NCBI RefSeq assembly: GCF_000011805.1
Contig: NC_006840.2
Strand: one strand, 5' to 3'
DNA from: Aliivibrio fischeri ES114
Lineage (GTDB): Bacteria > Pseudomonadota > Gammaproteobacteria > Enterobacterales > Vibrionaceae
Length of the DNA: 32,000 nt
Under the pieces are notes generated by a model. It was not told where the DNA came from. It made no database searches and saw nothing but the letters and a program-made list of their open reading frames with translations. Position numbers and translations under genes: made by a program. Positions 1-9,977 of this stretch are shown here, one piece after another; the first letter of the stretch is position 1; each line of letters begins with the position of its first letter.

Positions 1-627
1 AGCATACTTGTATTCTCGGAGTTGAGTATGGTTTTTTACCATTGGAATATCGACGTAGTATGCTTTTTTATAATCGACATTTTTTTGTTTTAAATGATGT
101 GCAATTAAATAATCTGCGTAACGACTGGCACGCCATGACCATTCAATTGGTTTTTTATCTTGATCTAAGACTTGTTGATATAAGAAGGGTTTGCCACCTA
201 AGGTAACATCAGCATCAGAATAAAGGTCAACACTGGCAGGGTCTTCCGGTGTCAAAAGGGTGGTAATGATGGCTTGACGTAAATGCGCTTTAGGGTCAGT
301 ACCAGCAACCGTTTCGACGGTAACTCGACCATTAGTAAAATCCACTTGAGAGCGGCTTAAATACCCATCAGTGTATTTTACATAGGAGCGCTTACCAGCA
401 GTAACAAGGTTTTTCTTACCCCAACGTTTTTCGATATTGCCATTGAAACTACTTATTAAACTATCTAATGCTTTAATATCTTTGGTGAATTGTCCAGGGA
501 GTGGGGCTAGATTTTTAGCAAAGCGGTTGGTTGTATCGTAATTTACACCAAAAGTAGATTCTATTGATTCTCGACTACAACTGGTAAGCAGAAGACAGGT
601 CGAGGCGATCAGTATAATTTTTTTCAT
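1..627 (-). CDS. mltC: Membrane-bound lytic murein transglycosylase C, N-terminal part (3' end outside window)
   Basis: Minus-strand reading from ATG at 627: MKKIILIASTCLLLTSCSRESIESTFGVNYDTTNRFAKNLAPLPGQFTKDI...; lipoprotein signal with Cys lipobox; adjacent to yggX-mutY as in other gammaproteobacteria. Not in ORF track because it runs off the edge. Confidence 0.85.
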   Translation of the reverse strand, partial: MKKIILIASTCLLLTSCSRESIESTFGVNYDTTNRFAKNLAPLPGQFTKDIKALDSLISSFNGNIEKRWGKKNLVTAGKRSYVKYTDGYLSRSQVDFTNGRVTVETVAGTDPKAHLRQAIITTLLTPEDPASVDLYSDADVTLGGKPFLYQQVLDQDKKPIEWSWRASRYADYLIAHHLKQKNVDYKKAYYVDIPMVKNHTQLREYKYA

Positions 628-735
628 AAAGGCAATATAGATTGAGAACTCGATAATAAGGTTAACGGCAGGTTTAACTTTGACTTAATAGCATAAAATT
701 AAAGCAGCCAAATGACTGCTTTAATGTAAAAGTGA

Positions 736-1008
736 TTATTCACTTGGAGGAGTGTAACCATCGATAACAACATCTTTGCCATCAAATAGGAAACCTTCCA
801 TTTCTGTTTCTAGAAGCTTACGGTGCTCAGGATCCATCATGTTCAACTTCTTTTCATTGATCAGCATGGTTTGTTTGTGTTGCCATTGCCCCCAAGCTTC
901 TTTGGAGATGTTGTCAAAAATACGCTTACCTAGTTCACCTGGGTAAAGTTGAAAATCTAGGCCATCGGCTTCTTTATTTAAACGAACGCAAAACACAGTG
1001 CGGCTCAT
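736..1008 (-). CDS. yggX: Probable Fe(2+)-trafficking protein YggX
   Basis: 90 aa, [58 protein letters not shown]; typical YggX; next to mutY. Confidence 0.95.
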   Translation of the reverse strand: MSRTVFCVRLNKEADGLDFQLYPGELGKRIFDNISKEAWGQWQHKQTMLINEKKLNMMDPEHRKLLETEMEGFLFDGKDVVIDGYTPPSE

Positions 1009-1010
1009 GG

Positions 1011-2078
1011 TTATTCTCCATTAGAAATTTCGTACGGTAGGGCATCCAATAATTTTTGAACTGGTGCAGCTAACCCGACCGTCATTGGTTGAGATAAGTT
1101 ATACCAAACTCCACGCGTTCCTTCCATTATCATGTTCGGTTTCTTCGCAAGAGTGATAAGTACAGGGGTAATATCAAGATGGTAGTGGCTAAAAGTATGG
1201 CGAAAAGCGATTAACTGTTGTTTTGATGCTACTTTAAAACCATAGTCTTCTGATAACTCATCAAGTGTATTTGTTGGTTGCTCGGGAAAACAAAATAATC
1301 CTCCCCAAATGCCACTTTGTGGTCTCTGCTCTAACCAAACTTCGCCATCATGATAGTAGATAGCAAACCACGCTTCTTTAACTGGTTTCTCTTTCTTTGG
1401 CTTTTTGGTCGGAAAGTCTAATTGTTTATCTTGGGCTTTTGCTTGGCAAAGATCGTTTACTGGGCACAACTCACATTTAGGTTTGGAGCGTGTACATACC
1501 ATTGCTCCCATATCCATCATTGCTTGGTTATAGCGCTCAACACCTTGCTTTGGAGTATGAGTTTCAGCCACCGCCCACATTTCATTTTCAACGCTTTTTT
1601 TACCTGGCCAGCCTTCTATTGCGAAACAGCGAGATAATGTTCTTTTAACGTTACCATCAAGAATGGGATGATGCTGTTGCAAAGAAAGCGATAAAACAGC
1701 GCCGGCTGTTGAGCGACCAATACCAGGAAGTGCAATCACATCATCAATATTTGTAGGGAAAATACCATTATATTGCTCAGCAATGATTTGTGCCGTTTTA
1801 TGTAAATTACGAGCACGAGCGTAATAGCCTAGCCCTGTCCATAAGTGAAGAACTTCATCTTGCTCGGCATGTGCTAAATCAACGATTGTTGGAAATCGTG
1901 TCATGAAGCGTTCGAAGTAAGGGATAACGGTAGTGACTTGGGTTTGTTGTAGCATGATCTCCGATAACCATACTTTATAAGGCGTTTTTTCTAACTGCCA
2001 AGGCAGCGTTTTTCGACCGTAATTATCGTACCATTCTAAAATAGCTTGAGAGAAAGACGTCATGACATGCTCATTCAT
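1011..2078 (-). CDS. mutY: A/G-specific adenine DNA glycosylase
   Basis: [13 protein letters not shown]...[23 protein letters not shown], Fe-S cluster CxxxxxxCxxCxxxxxC ([17 protein letters not shown]). The ORF track extends to 2492, but homology begins at [17 protein letters not shown] (ATG at 2078, or 2063). Confidence 0.95.
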   Translation of the reverse strand: MNEHVMTSFSQAILEWYDNYGRKTLPWQLEKTPYKVWLSEIMLQQTQVTTVIPYFERFMTRFPTIVDLAHAEQDEVLHLWTGLGYYARARNLHKTAQIIAEQYNGIFPTNIDDVIALPGIGRSTAGAVLSLSLQQHHPILDGNVKRTLSRCFAIEGWPGKKSVENEMWAVAETHTPKQGVERYNQAMMDMGAMVCTRSKPKCELCPVNDLCQAKAQDKQLDFPTKKPKKEKPVKEAWFAIYYHDGEVWLEQRPQSGIWGGLFCFPEQPTNTLDELSEDYGFKVASKQQLIAFRHTFSHYHLDITPVLITLAKKPNMIMEGTRGVWYNLSQPMTVGLAAPVQKLLDALPYEISNGE

Positions 2079-2307
2079 TTTTATAATTCTAGAGATTGCA
2101 CCACACTGTGATGAGTTTGTACACCCGATAGAAAGTAAGGATATATATTTGCTTTGAAGGTAAACCAATCGTAATTGTGTGTTAGATAAATTAAGTCTAA
2201 AGCGATTTATAATGGGAAAACGAAAGATAATACTTGAACACTGGGCTAAACTTTGGATAATGCCGGATCCACAATCCTTGTTCAGAGAATAACCAGGCAA
2301 TCCAATC

Positions 2308-3024
2308 ATGACTGAAGTGACTAAAAATGATTTTACCGAAGAAGGTAAAATTGTTCGTAAAATCCGTAGCTTTGTTCGCCGTGAAGGGCGTTTAACTAAA
2401 GGCCAAGAAGGTGCTATCCAAGAATGTTGGCCTAGCATGGGTATTGATTTTGTAGAGCAAATGCTTGATTGGAATGAAGTGTTTGGTAACAATAATCCAG
2501 TTGTTCTTGAAATCGGTTTTGGTATGGGCGCATCTCTTGTTGAGATGGCTAAAAATGCTCCAGAGAAAAACTTCTTAGGTATCGAAGTTCACCGTCCAGG
2601 TGTTGGCGCATGTCTTGCGGCAGCAAAAGAAGCTGGCGTAACTAACCTACGTGTTATGTGTCATGATGCAGTTGAAGTATTTGAATCAATGATCCCTGAT
2701 TCATCTGTAAATACTCTACAACTTTTCTTCCCTGACCCATGGCATAAAGCGCGTCATCATAAGCGCCGTATCGTTAAAGCTGAGTTTGCTGAGATGATCC
2801 GTCCTAAGTTAATCCAAGGTGGTATCTTCCACATGGCAACTGATTGGGAAAATTACTCAGAGCATATGATTGAAGTAATGAATGCTGCACCGGGTTATGA
2901 AAACATTGCCACTGATGGTGATTTCATTCCTCGCCCAGATGAGCGTCCATTAACTAAGTTTGAAGCTCGTGGCCACCGTTTAGGTCATGGCGTTTGGGAT
3001 ATTAAATTCCGTCGTAACGCATAG
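2308..3024 (+). CDS. trmB: tRNA (guanine-N7-)-methyltransferase
   Basis: 238 aa; [38 protein letters not shown] motif of TrmB; divergent from mutY. Confidence 0.95.
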   Translation: MTEVTKNDFTEEGKIVRKIRSFVRREGRLTKGQEGAIQECWPSMGIDFVEQMLDWNEVFGNNNPVVLEIGFGMGASLVEMAKNAPEKNFLGIEVHRPGVGACLAAAKEAGVTNLRVMCHDAVEVFESMIPDSSVNTLQLFFPDPWHKARHHKRRIVKAEFAEMIRPKLIQGGIFHMATDWENYSEHMIEVMNAAPGYENIATDGDFIPRPDERPLTKFEARGHRLGHGVWDIKFRRNA

Positions 3025-3050
3025 TTAGTATTGTCGTAATACAATATAAT

Positions 3051-3079
3051 TAAAGCCAACCTGAGTGTTGGCTTTTTTG
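3051..3079 (+). terminator. Rho-independent terminator after trmB
   Basis: AAGCCAAC (3053-3060) / GTTGGCTT (3067-3074) stem followed by T run. Confidence 0.8.
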
Positions 3080-3107
3080 TCCTTGCTGTCAAAAGGAAGT
3101 AGAAATA

Positions 3108-4028
3108 ATGAAGCCAACAAAACAAATACTCGAAGATATTTTGGATGAAGTTCGTCCTCTTATTGGTCAAGGTAAAGTTGCTGATTACATTCCTGCTCTT
3201 GCTTGCGTTCCTAATGATAAATTGGGTATTGCAGTATTTACCAATGATGGTGAAATGCTCACAGCAGGCGATGCGACAGAGTGTTTTTCTATTCAATCTA
3301 TTTCAAAAGCGCTCAGTTTGACGTTGGCGATGGAACTGTATCAACCAGAAGAGTTATGGCAACGAGTTGGTAAAGAGCCTTCAGGACAAGCATTTAATTC
3401 TCTTATTCAGCTTGAAATGGAACAAGGTGTGCCTCGCAATCCTTTCATAAATGCTGGGGCGATTGTTATTTCAGATATGCTATACAGTCGCTTTTCTGCT
3501 CCAAAGCACCGATTATTAGAGTTTGTGCGTAAGCTCTCAGGTAATGACCATATTATTTATGATCGCGTGGTGGCTAATTCAGAAATGGATCATAGTGATA
3601 GAAATGCTTCTATTGCTTATTTAATGCGTTCATTTGGTAACTTCGATAATGAAGTGATGCCTGTCTTAAAGAACTATTTTCATGCATGTGCATTGAGTAT
3701 GAACTGCGTGGATTTAGCTCGTACTTTTGGTTATTTAGCCAATAAAGGTATTCAACCTGGGATCAGTGAACCTATTGTTACTCCAATGCAATGTAAGCAA
3801 ATTAATGCATTAATGGCGACTTGTGGTTTATATGATGGTGCAGGTGAGTTTGCTTATCGTGTTGGTATGCCAGGAAAGTCAGGTGTTGGTGGTGGCATTA
3901 TTGCTATCGTTCCTGGCGAAATGACTATTGCAGTATGGTCTCCAGAGCTTGATCCATCAGGGAATTCGCTGGCAGGTACTAAAGCATTAGAGCTGCTTTC
4001 AGAACGTATTGGTCGTTCGATATTTTAA
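3108..4028 (+). CDS. glsB: Glutaminase
   Basis: 306 aa; [47 protein letters not shown] motifs of the glutaminase (serine beta-lactamase-like) family. Confidence 0.95.
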   Translation: MKPTKQILEDILDEVRPLIGQGKVADYIPALACVPNDKLGIAVFTNDGEMLTAGDATECFSIQSISKALSLTLAMELYQPEELWQRVGKEPSGQAFNSLIQLEMEQGVPRNPFINAGAIVISDMLYSRFSAPKHRLLEFVRKLSGNDHIIYDRVVANSEMDHSDRNASIAYLMRSFGNFDNEVMPVLKNYFHACALSMNCVDLARTFGYLANKGIQPGISEPIVTPMQCKQINALMATCGLYDGAGEFAYRVGMPGKSGVGGGIIAIVPGEMTIAVWSPELDPSGNSLAGTKALELLSERIGRSIF

Positions 4029-4029
4029 G

Positions 4030-4135
4030 GTAAGAGCAGGGTTAAGGACGGTCGCAAGCTCCCTAAAGGTTTCAGGAAAAGATTCTTTGCTCTTACTGAA
4101 ACCTTTAAGCGAAGCGATCTGAAGCCGGCTCTTAA
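4030..4135. repeat. Structured intergenic element between convergent glsB and hemW
   Basis: Nested/overlapping perfect inverted repeats: GTAAGAGCA (4030-4038)/TGCTCTTAC (4088-4096); TAAAGGTTTCAG (4064-4075)/CTGAAACCTTTA (4096-4107); TAAGAGC (4031-4037)/GCTCTTA (4129-4135). Confidence 0.7.
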
Positions 4136-5292
4136 TCCTCATCCCCCATGAAGGCTTCCAACAAATCATTCAAAAACAACTTACCATGCTCTGTGATTTG
4201 CCAGTGCGTTTCGGTTTCATCGAGATACTTTTTCTCTTTCGCCCAATCGATGGTTTCTTGAATGGTGTCAAAACCTAAGCCTGTTGTATCTAAGAACTCT
4301 TGCTTTGGACATGCTTCTAATAGACGAAAACGGTTCATAAAGAATTCGAAAGGTCTATCGTGATCCATTACCTCTTGCTCATCGATTAAATAAGGTTTTG
4401 TTAGATCTAGAAATCCGCGAGGATGCTTAATTTTCGTGGTTCTAACAATACGGCCATCAGCGAAACTCAATTTACCATGAGCACCACAACCAATACCCAG
4501 ATAATCCCCAAAGCGCCAATAATTTAAGTTATGGCGACACTGATAACCTACTTTACTGTAGCCAGATATCTCATACTGAACATAACCTGCTTTGGCAAGC
4601 ATTTGATGACCTTGTTCGAAAATATCCCATAGGTCGTCGTCGTCAGGAAGTGTTGGTGGCTTATAGTAAAACACGGTATTTGGTTCAATGGTTAATTGAT
4701 ACCAAGATAAATGAGGAGGATTAAGATCAATAGCTTGTTGTAAATCAGACAGTGCATCCTCAATGCTTTGGTTTGGTAAACCATGCATAAGATCGAGGTT
4801 GAAGCTGTTTAATTGTGCTTCATGAGCAAGATGTGCAGCTCGAATCGCTTCATCTTTACCGTGAATTCGACCAAGCTTTTCTAGTTTTTCTTGCTGAAAG
4901 CTTTGTACACCAATAGAAATACGGTTAACGCCCGCTTGTCGATATTTAACAAAGCGACCTGCTTCAACGGTTCCCGGATTGGCTTCCATTGTGATCTCAA
5001 TATCACCAGCAAAGGGAAGGCGCTTTTCAACTTCACTTAGTAGTCGTTTTATCTCAGGAGCTGTGATTAGGCTTGGTGTACCACCACCAATAAAAATAGA
5101 ATGCAGCTTACGTGGTTCACTTTGCATATCATAACGAGCAAGATCCGTATCAAGATCATCAATCAAGGCTGAAATGTATTGAGCTTCTGGGATCTCAGCT
5201 TTTAAAGCATGAGAGTTAAAGTCACAATATGGACATTTCTGAATGCACCAAGGAATATGAATATATAGGCTTAGAGGTGGTGGAATAAGCAT
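4132..5292 (-). CDS. hemW: Radical SAM family heme chaperone HemW (HemN-like)
   Basis: 386 aa; LYIHIPWCIQKCPYCDFNSH radical SAM CxxxCxxC; SIFIGGGTPSLI; lies beside rdgB. Confidence 0.93.
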   Translation of the reverse strand: MLIPPPLSLYIHIPWCIQKCPYCDFNSHALKAEIPEAQYISALIDDLDTDLARYDMQSEPRKLHSIFIGGGTPSLITAPEIKRLLSEVEKRLPFAGDIEITMEANPGTVEAGRFVKYRQAGVNRISIGVQSFQQEKLEKLGRIHGKDEAIRAAHLAHEAQLNSFNLDLMHGLPNQSIEDALSDLQQAIDLNPPHLSWYQLTIEPNTVFYYKPPTLPDDDDLWDIFEQGHQMLAKAGYVQYEISGYSKVGYQCRHNLNYWRFGDYLGIGCGAHGKLSFADGRIVRTTKIKHPRGFLDLTKPYLIDEQEVMDHDRPFEFFMNRFRLLEACPKQEFLDTTGLGFDTIQETIDWAKEKKYLDETETHWQITEHGKLFLNDLLEAFMGDED

Positions 5293-5295
5293 TAC

Positions 5296-5892
5296 TTACT
5301 GACCTTCTTTTAATGCTGCAAAGAGCTTTTTCAGAGCTTGGCCACGGTGAGATAGTTGTTTTTTACGTGCAGGTTCAAGTTCAGCAGATGAACAGTTATC
5401 TTCACTTACCCAGAAAATAGGATCATAACCGAAGCCGTTTTCACCTTTTTGCTCTGTCGTGATATGACCTTCCCATGTTCCATGACAAATCAATGGTGTT
5501 GGATCGTTTTCATGTTTCATCAGAACTAAAACACAATGGAAGCGAGCAGTACGTTTTTCAGCAGGAATGCCTTCCATCGCTGCTAGCATTTTATCAATGT
5601 TCTTTTGATCCGTAGCACCTTCACCAGAATAACGAGCAGAGTAAACACCCGGTGCGCCATTTAGCGCATCAACTTCTAAACCTGAATCATCAGCAATAGC
5701 AGGTAAGCCCGTTTCTTTTGCTGCATGACGCGCTTTGATGATAGCGTTTTCAATGAATGTTGTACCAGTTTCAGCTACATCAGAGACGTTATATTCGCTT
5801 TGTGCTACTACATCAAAACCAAAATCCGCTAGGATGTCGGCCATTTCACGAACTTTACCTTGGTTGCCCGTTGCTAATACGATTTTACTCAT
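5296..5892 (-). CDS. rdgB: XTP/dITP diphosphatase (non-canonical purine NTP pyrophosphatase)
   Basis: 198 aa; [56 protein letters not shown]. Confidence 0.95.
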   Translation of the reverse strand: MSKIVLATGNQGKVREMADILADFGFDVVAQSEYNVSDVAETGTTFIENAIIKARHAAKETGLPAIADDSGLEVDALNGAPGVYSARYSGEGATDQKNIDKMLAAMEGIPAEKRTARFHCVLVLMKHENDPTPLICHGTWEGHITTEQKGENGFGYDPIFWVSEDNCSSAELEPARKKQLSHRGQALKKLFAALKEGQ

Positions 5893-5902
5893 AATGGTTC
5901 TC

Positions 5903-6334
5903 TTACTCTTCTACGTAAAACTTTTGGTTGAACTTTAACTTGCCTGCGCCTTTAGTGCCAGCAGAGACATCAATATCAAAGCGAAAGGTTTCTTCATTAG
6001 TTATAGGCAATTCAGCAATATAGTAAATGGCATTTTGTTCTTTGATTTCTTTAAAGGTCAGTTGTTTGGTTTGACCTAATAGATTCTTTGCACTACCTGA
6101 TATGTTTGCTGAAATTGCTGGCTTTCCTGCTTGAGATGTATCTAAGACGCTGATATTTAATAACGCATTGTAACCAGAGCGTTTCAGTTGATAAGCCCGA
6201 GCTACTTTTGATGTTAAGAATGTGGAGTTGAATGCCGAGTAGTGTACTTCGACATTTTTTATTTGTACAAATTGTCCTGCAAAACTGGGTAAACTAAAAA
6301 TAAACAGTGACAACAGTAATAGCGTTTTTTTCAT
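5903..6334 (-). CDS. DUF4426-type secreted protein (function uncertain)
   Basis: 143 aa with signal peptide [19 protein letters not shown]; [30 protein letters not shown] resembles the small protein found between rdgB and yggU in Vibrio genomes. Confidence 0.7.
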   Translation of the reverse strand: MKKTLLLLSLFIFSLPSFAGQFVQIKNVEVHYSAFNSTFLTSKVARAYQLKRSGYNALLNISVLDTSQAGKPAISANISGSAKNLLGQTKQLTFKEIKEQNAIYYIAELPITNEETFRFDIDVSAGTKGAGKLKFNQKFYVEE

Positions 6335-6403
6335 ATTACTTTCCTTATAAAAATGGCTTCCATATAAAAAAGCCGAGGGTTAACTCGGCATTAATCGTTA
6401 TTT

Positions 6404-6691
6404 TTATACTAACAGCTGTTGGATTTCATTCGGTATGAGCTCAGGGGAGTGAATTCGAACTTGTTTGTGTCGATTTAGTTCGCCTTTTTCTACCGTAATT
6501 TTTCCTTTAGCGACTTTGAATAACTTGGAGAAGTATTTAATTAAATGCGCATTCGCTTTCCCATCAACAGGAGGAGCAGTAATAGCAATTTTTAACTCTT
6601 CACCGTGTATTCCAACTATCTGATCACGACTGGCTTTAGGTTGTAAATACAGTCGTAAGATCAGATCGTCTTTATCATATTTAACTGGCAT
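6404..6691 (-). CDS. yggU: DUF167 family protein YggU
   Basis: [49 protein letters not shown]; likely start MPVKYDKDD at 6691; the ORF-track start at 6724 would overlap yggT. Confidence 0.88.
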   Translation of the reverse strand: MPVKYDKDDLILRLYLQPKASRDQIVGIHGEELKIAITAPPVDGKANAHLIKYFSKLFKVAKGKITVEKGELNRHKQVRIHSPELIPNEIQQLLV

Positions 6692-6698
6692 AGCGAGA

Positions 6699-7253
6699 TT
6701 ACAAGCTATACCAGATTGGGCCAATTAAATCGCCCATTAAGAAGTTAGCAAATTGAAGAACAATAAATAACACTAATACACTTAAATCCAGCCCACCCAT
6801 TTGAGGTAAGATCTTACGGATTGGAGCAAGCATAGGTTCTGTTAATTGGTGCATTACGTATTCAATTGGGCTACGACCTTGGCTCACCCAGCTTAAAATT
6901 GCACGAACTAATAAGATCCAGAACAGTAAACCACCAGCCGCTTTAGCAAGTGCGATTAAACCGATAAATAAGAACTCAGGGCCAAATGCGACGCCACCAG
7001 AAACTACAAGTTGTAGCGCAACAAATTTAAATACACACAATACATAAGCGAATAGTACTGTTGCTAGATCTAAGCTACCGATGGATGGGATCACTCGACG
7101 TAGAGGAGATACGATCGGTTGAGTTGCTTTAACAATAAATTGTGAGAATGGGTTATAGAAATCCGCTCGCGCCATTTGTAACCAGATACGTAAAATCACG
7201 ACCATGATGTATAGATCAAAAACGGTTGAGATTAAAAAGCTCATTGCATTCAT
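6699..7253 (-). CDS. yggT: YggT family integral membrane protein
   Basis: 184 aa with two YGGT repeats ([24 protein letters not shown] ... [36 protein letters not shown]). Confidence 0.92.
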   Translation of the reverse strand: MNAMSFLISTVFDLYIMVVILRIWLQMARADFYNPFSQFIVKATQPIVSPLRRVIPSIGSLDLATVLFAYVLCVFKFVALQLVVSGGVAFGPEFLFIGLIALAKAAGGLLFWILLVRAILSWVSQGRSPIEYVMHQLTEPMLAPIRKILPQMGGLDLSVLVLFIVLQFANFLMGDLIGPIWYSL

Positions 7254-7301
7254 AGTATGTTTAACCTTAGAAATATCAGAATTTAGTTAGCTTTATGAAT
7301 C

Positions 7302-8120
7302 TTAAAATAAAGATTCCATTTCTTCTGCGCGAGAAACGGCAGCTTGCATTGCTTTTGCTACGATCTCTTGCAGTTGATGTTCATTAAACGTGCGCAGTGC
7401 TTCTGCGGTCGTTCCACCCTTTGAAGTTACTTGCTCACGCAGTGTTGATAATTGTGTTTCTGGATTAGCGACAACCATTTCAGCAGCACCAAGAGCCGCT
7501 TGTTGTACAAGTTGACGAGCAGTTGCTTCATCAAAGCCCTGATTAATGGCTTCTGCTTGCATTGCTTCCATAAATAAAAAGAAATACGCAGGCGCACTTC
7601 CTGCCGCTGCAATTACCGAGTTTATTCCGGATTCTTGCGCCACCCAACACACTTCACCGACCGCGGAAAGTAAATCACTTGCGAAGCACTTATCTTGTTC
7701 ATTTATGTGCTCAACAGCAAATAAGCCACTCATGCCTTTGCCTACTAATGCAGGAGTGTTTGGCATTACTCGAACTAGATTGAGTTCACTAGCAAACATT
7801 TCATTTAAACGTTTTGCTGAAATACCAGCAGCAATGGAAATCACTAACTTATTTGAAAAATCAATTTGCTGTAGAGGCTCTGCAGCCATTGCCATCATTT
7901 GTGGTTTTACAGCGAGAACAATCACATCAGCTTGCTGTGCAGCTTGTAAGTTATCTGTGCTGGTGTGGATACCGTAACATTGAGATAAATGGTCTAGTTT
8001 TTCAGTACTAGGGTTAGTTGCCGTGATTTTATCTTTTGGATAACCACTGCTAATTAGACCCGCAATAATTGAGCGAGTCATGTTACCTGCACCAATAAAA
8101 GCAATATTGCGATGTTCCAT
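7302..8120 (-). CDS. proC: Pyrroline-5-carboxylate reductase
   Basis: IAFIGAGNMTRSIIAGLISSGY, VRVMPNTPALVGKGMSGL, SGSAPAYF-like AAAGSAPAYFFLFMEAM, TSKGGTTAEAL; probable start MEHRNIAFIG at 8120 (track start 8141). Confidence 0.95.
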   Translation of the reverse strand: MEHRNIAFIGAGNMTRSIIAGLISSGYPKDKITATNPSTEKLDHLSQCYGIHTSTDNLQAAQQADVIVLAVKPQMMAMAAEPLQQIDFSNKLVISIAAGISAKRLNEMFASELNLVRVMPNTPALVGKGMSGLFAVEHINEQDKCFASDLLSAVGEVCWVAQESGINSVIAAAGSAPAYFFLFMEAMQAEAINQGFDEATARQLVQQAALGAAEMVVANPETQLSTLREQVTSKGGTTAEALRTFNEHQLQEIVAKAMQAAVSRAEEMESLF

Positions 8121-8203
8121 TTCTATTCCTTTTAGGGTCAATAGACCTTAGTTGTTGTGAGCATATGATATCAATTTGTTTTACTTGAAATTGATAGCAG
8201 ATA

Positions 8204-8914
8204 TTATTCTTTGTTTTTATAATCTCTAGCGCCAAAAATGGCAGTACCAATACGCACCATGGTTGAACCTGCTTCGATTGCAGCGTCCATGTCACCACTC
8301 ATACCCATAGATAGGGTATCGATTTGAGGGTATTGTGCTCGTAATTGGTTTTGAATGGAAGTAAGTTGTTTAAATGCCGCTAATTGCTCAGCATAATTAG
8401 AGACATTTGCCGGGATAGACATTAATCCACGCAAGGTTAGATTTGGCATTTTATTAATGGCCGCGGCAAGCTCCATTACTTCTTCTGCTGTCGTACCAGA
8501 TTTACTCTCTTCTGAACTAGTATTGACCTGAATAAGTACATTTAGTTCGCCTAGTTCGGAAGGGCGTTGGTCATTTAAACGTTGGGCGATTTTAAGGCGT
8601 TCTACTGAGTGAACCCAATCAAAATGTTCTGCAATTGGGCGTGTTTTATTCGACTGAATTGGACCAATGAAATGCCACTCAAGAGAAGTGGTAGAGTGTT
8701 GTTTTTGAAAGTATTGAACCTTCTCTATACCTTCTTGGACATAGTTTTCACCAAAAATACGTTGGCCAGCTTCTATCGCTTGTTCGAGTAACTCGATAGG
8801 TTTCGTTTTACTTACTGCCAGCAATTGCACTGAATCGGGGTTTCGACCACATTTTTGAATGCTATTCTCTATTTGATGAGTGATTTGATTGATATTTTGC
8901 TTAATACTAGTCAT
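8204..8914 (-). CDS. yggS: PLP homeostasis protein (YggS/PLPBP family)
   Basis: 236 aa; VQLLAVSKTKPIELLEQAIEAGQRIFGENYVQEGIEKV, WHFIGPIQSNKT, LSMGMSGDMDAAIEAGSTMVRIGTAIFG. Confidence 0.95.
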   Translation of the reverse strand: MTSIKQNINQITHQIENSIQKCGRNPDSVQLLAVSKTKPIELLEQAIEAGQRIFGENYVQEGIEKVQYFQKQHSTTSLEWHFIGPIQSNKTRPIAEHFDWVHSVERLKIAQRLNDQRPSELGELNVLIQVNTSSEESKSGTTAEEVMELAAAINKMPNLTLRGLMSIPANVSNYAEQLAAFKQLTSIQNQLRAQYPQIDTLSMGMSGDMDAAIEAGSTMVRIGTAIFGARDYKNKE

Positions 8915-8937
8915 AGAAACGATTACCGAGGAAAATT

Positions 8938-9975
8938 ATGGACATCACAGAACTACTGGACTTTAGTGTAAAACAAAACGCATCAGATCTACACCTATCT
9001 GCAGGAGTTCCTCCTATGGTACGTGTAGATGGTGAAGTGCGTAAACTGACATTACCTGATTTTACACATGCCGATGTTCATCGTTTAGTGACTGACATTA
9101 TGAATGATGCTCAGCGCAGTGAATTTGAAGATAAACTAGAAGTCGATTTTTCATTTGAGTTACCTAATATTGGACGCTTTCGTGTAAATGCATTTAACCA
9201 GTCTCGTGGCTGTGCTGCTGTGTTTCGAACTATCCCTGTTGATATTCCGTCATTAGAGCAATTAGCTGCACCTCAAGTGTTCACCGATATTGCAAAATAT
9301 CAAAAAGGATTAGTGTTAATCACAGGGCCTACTGGTTCAGGTAAGTCGACAACCTTAGCTGCTATGGTTGATTACATTAACGAGAACTACAACAAGCACG
9401 TACTTACGATTGAAGATCCGATTGAATTTGTTCATAAGAATAAGAAGTGTTTGATTAACCAACGTGAAGTTAATCGTGATACACATAGCTTTAAAGCAGC
9501 ACTTCGCTCAGCTTTGCGTGAAGATCCAGATGTTATTTTAGTCGGTGAATTACGTGATCAAGAGACAATCAGTCTTGCATTGACCGCTGCTGAAACTGGG
9601 CATTTAGTATTTGGTACTTTGCACACGAGTTCAGCTGCAAAAACCATTGACCGTATTATTGATGTTTTCCCTGGCAGTGATAAATCTATGGTTCGCTCGA
9701 TGTTGTCTGAATCATTAAGAGCGGTAGTAGCACAAACACTGCTTAAACGTATTGGTGGTGGTCGTATTGCGTGTCATGAAATCATGATAGCGACACCAGC
9801 TATCCGTAACTTAATCCGTGAAGATAAAGTCGCTCAAATGTATTCAATCATTCAAACTGGTTCTTCTTTTGGTATGAATACCATGGAGCAGAATGCGAAG
9901 AAAATTATTGCTCAAGGTTTGGTTGATCCGGATGAAGTCGTTAAGAAAGTTGAAATGAGCAGCATAGGGTTTTAG
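8938..9975 (+). CDS. pilT: Type IV pilus twitching motility ATPase PilT
   Basis: 345 aa; LVLITGPTGSGKSTTLAAMVDYIN Walker A, LREDPDVILVGELRDQETISLALTAAETGHLVFGTLHT. Confidence 0.95.
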   Translation: MDITELLDFSVKQNASDLHLSAGVPPMVRVDGEVRKLTLPDFTHADVHRLVTDIMNDAQRSEFEDKLEVDFSFELPNIGRFRVNAFNQSRGCAAVFRTIPVDIPSLEQLAAPQVFTDIAKYQKGLVLITGPTGSGKSTTLAAMVDYINENYNKHVLTIEDPIEFVHKNKKCLINQREVNRDTHSFKAALRSALREDPDVILVGELRDQETISLALTAAETGHLVFGTLHTSSAAKTIDRIIDVFPGSDKSMVRSMLSESLRAVVAQTLLKRIGGGRIACHEIMIATPAIRNLIREDKVAQMYSIIQTGSSFGMNTMEQNAKKIIAQGLVDPDEVVKKVEMSSIGF

Positions 9976-9977
9976 TC

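Noticed and set aside
2985-3296. 103-aa minus-strand ORF overlapping the trmB end and glsB start
   Set aside because: Crosses a clear terminator and two conserved genes; no recognisable protein features.
7546-7977. 143-aa ORF antisense to proC
   Set aside because: It lies fully inside the well-supported proC reading frame and looks like a shadow ORF with no family resemblance.
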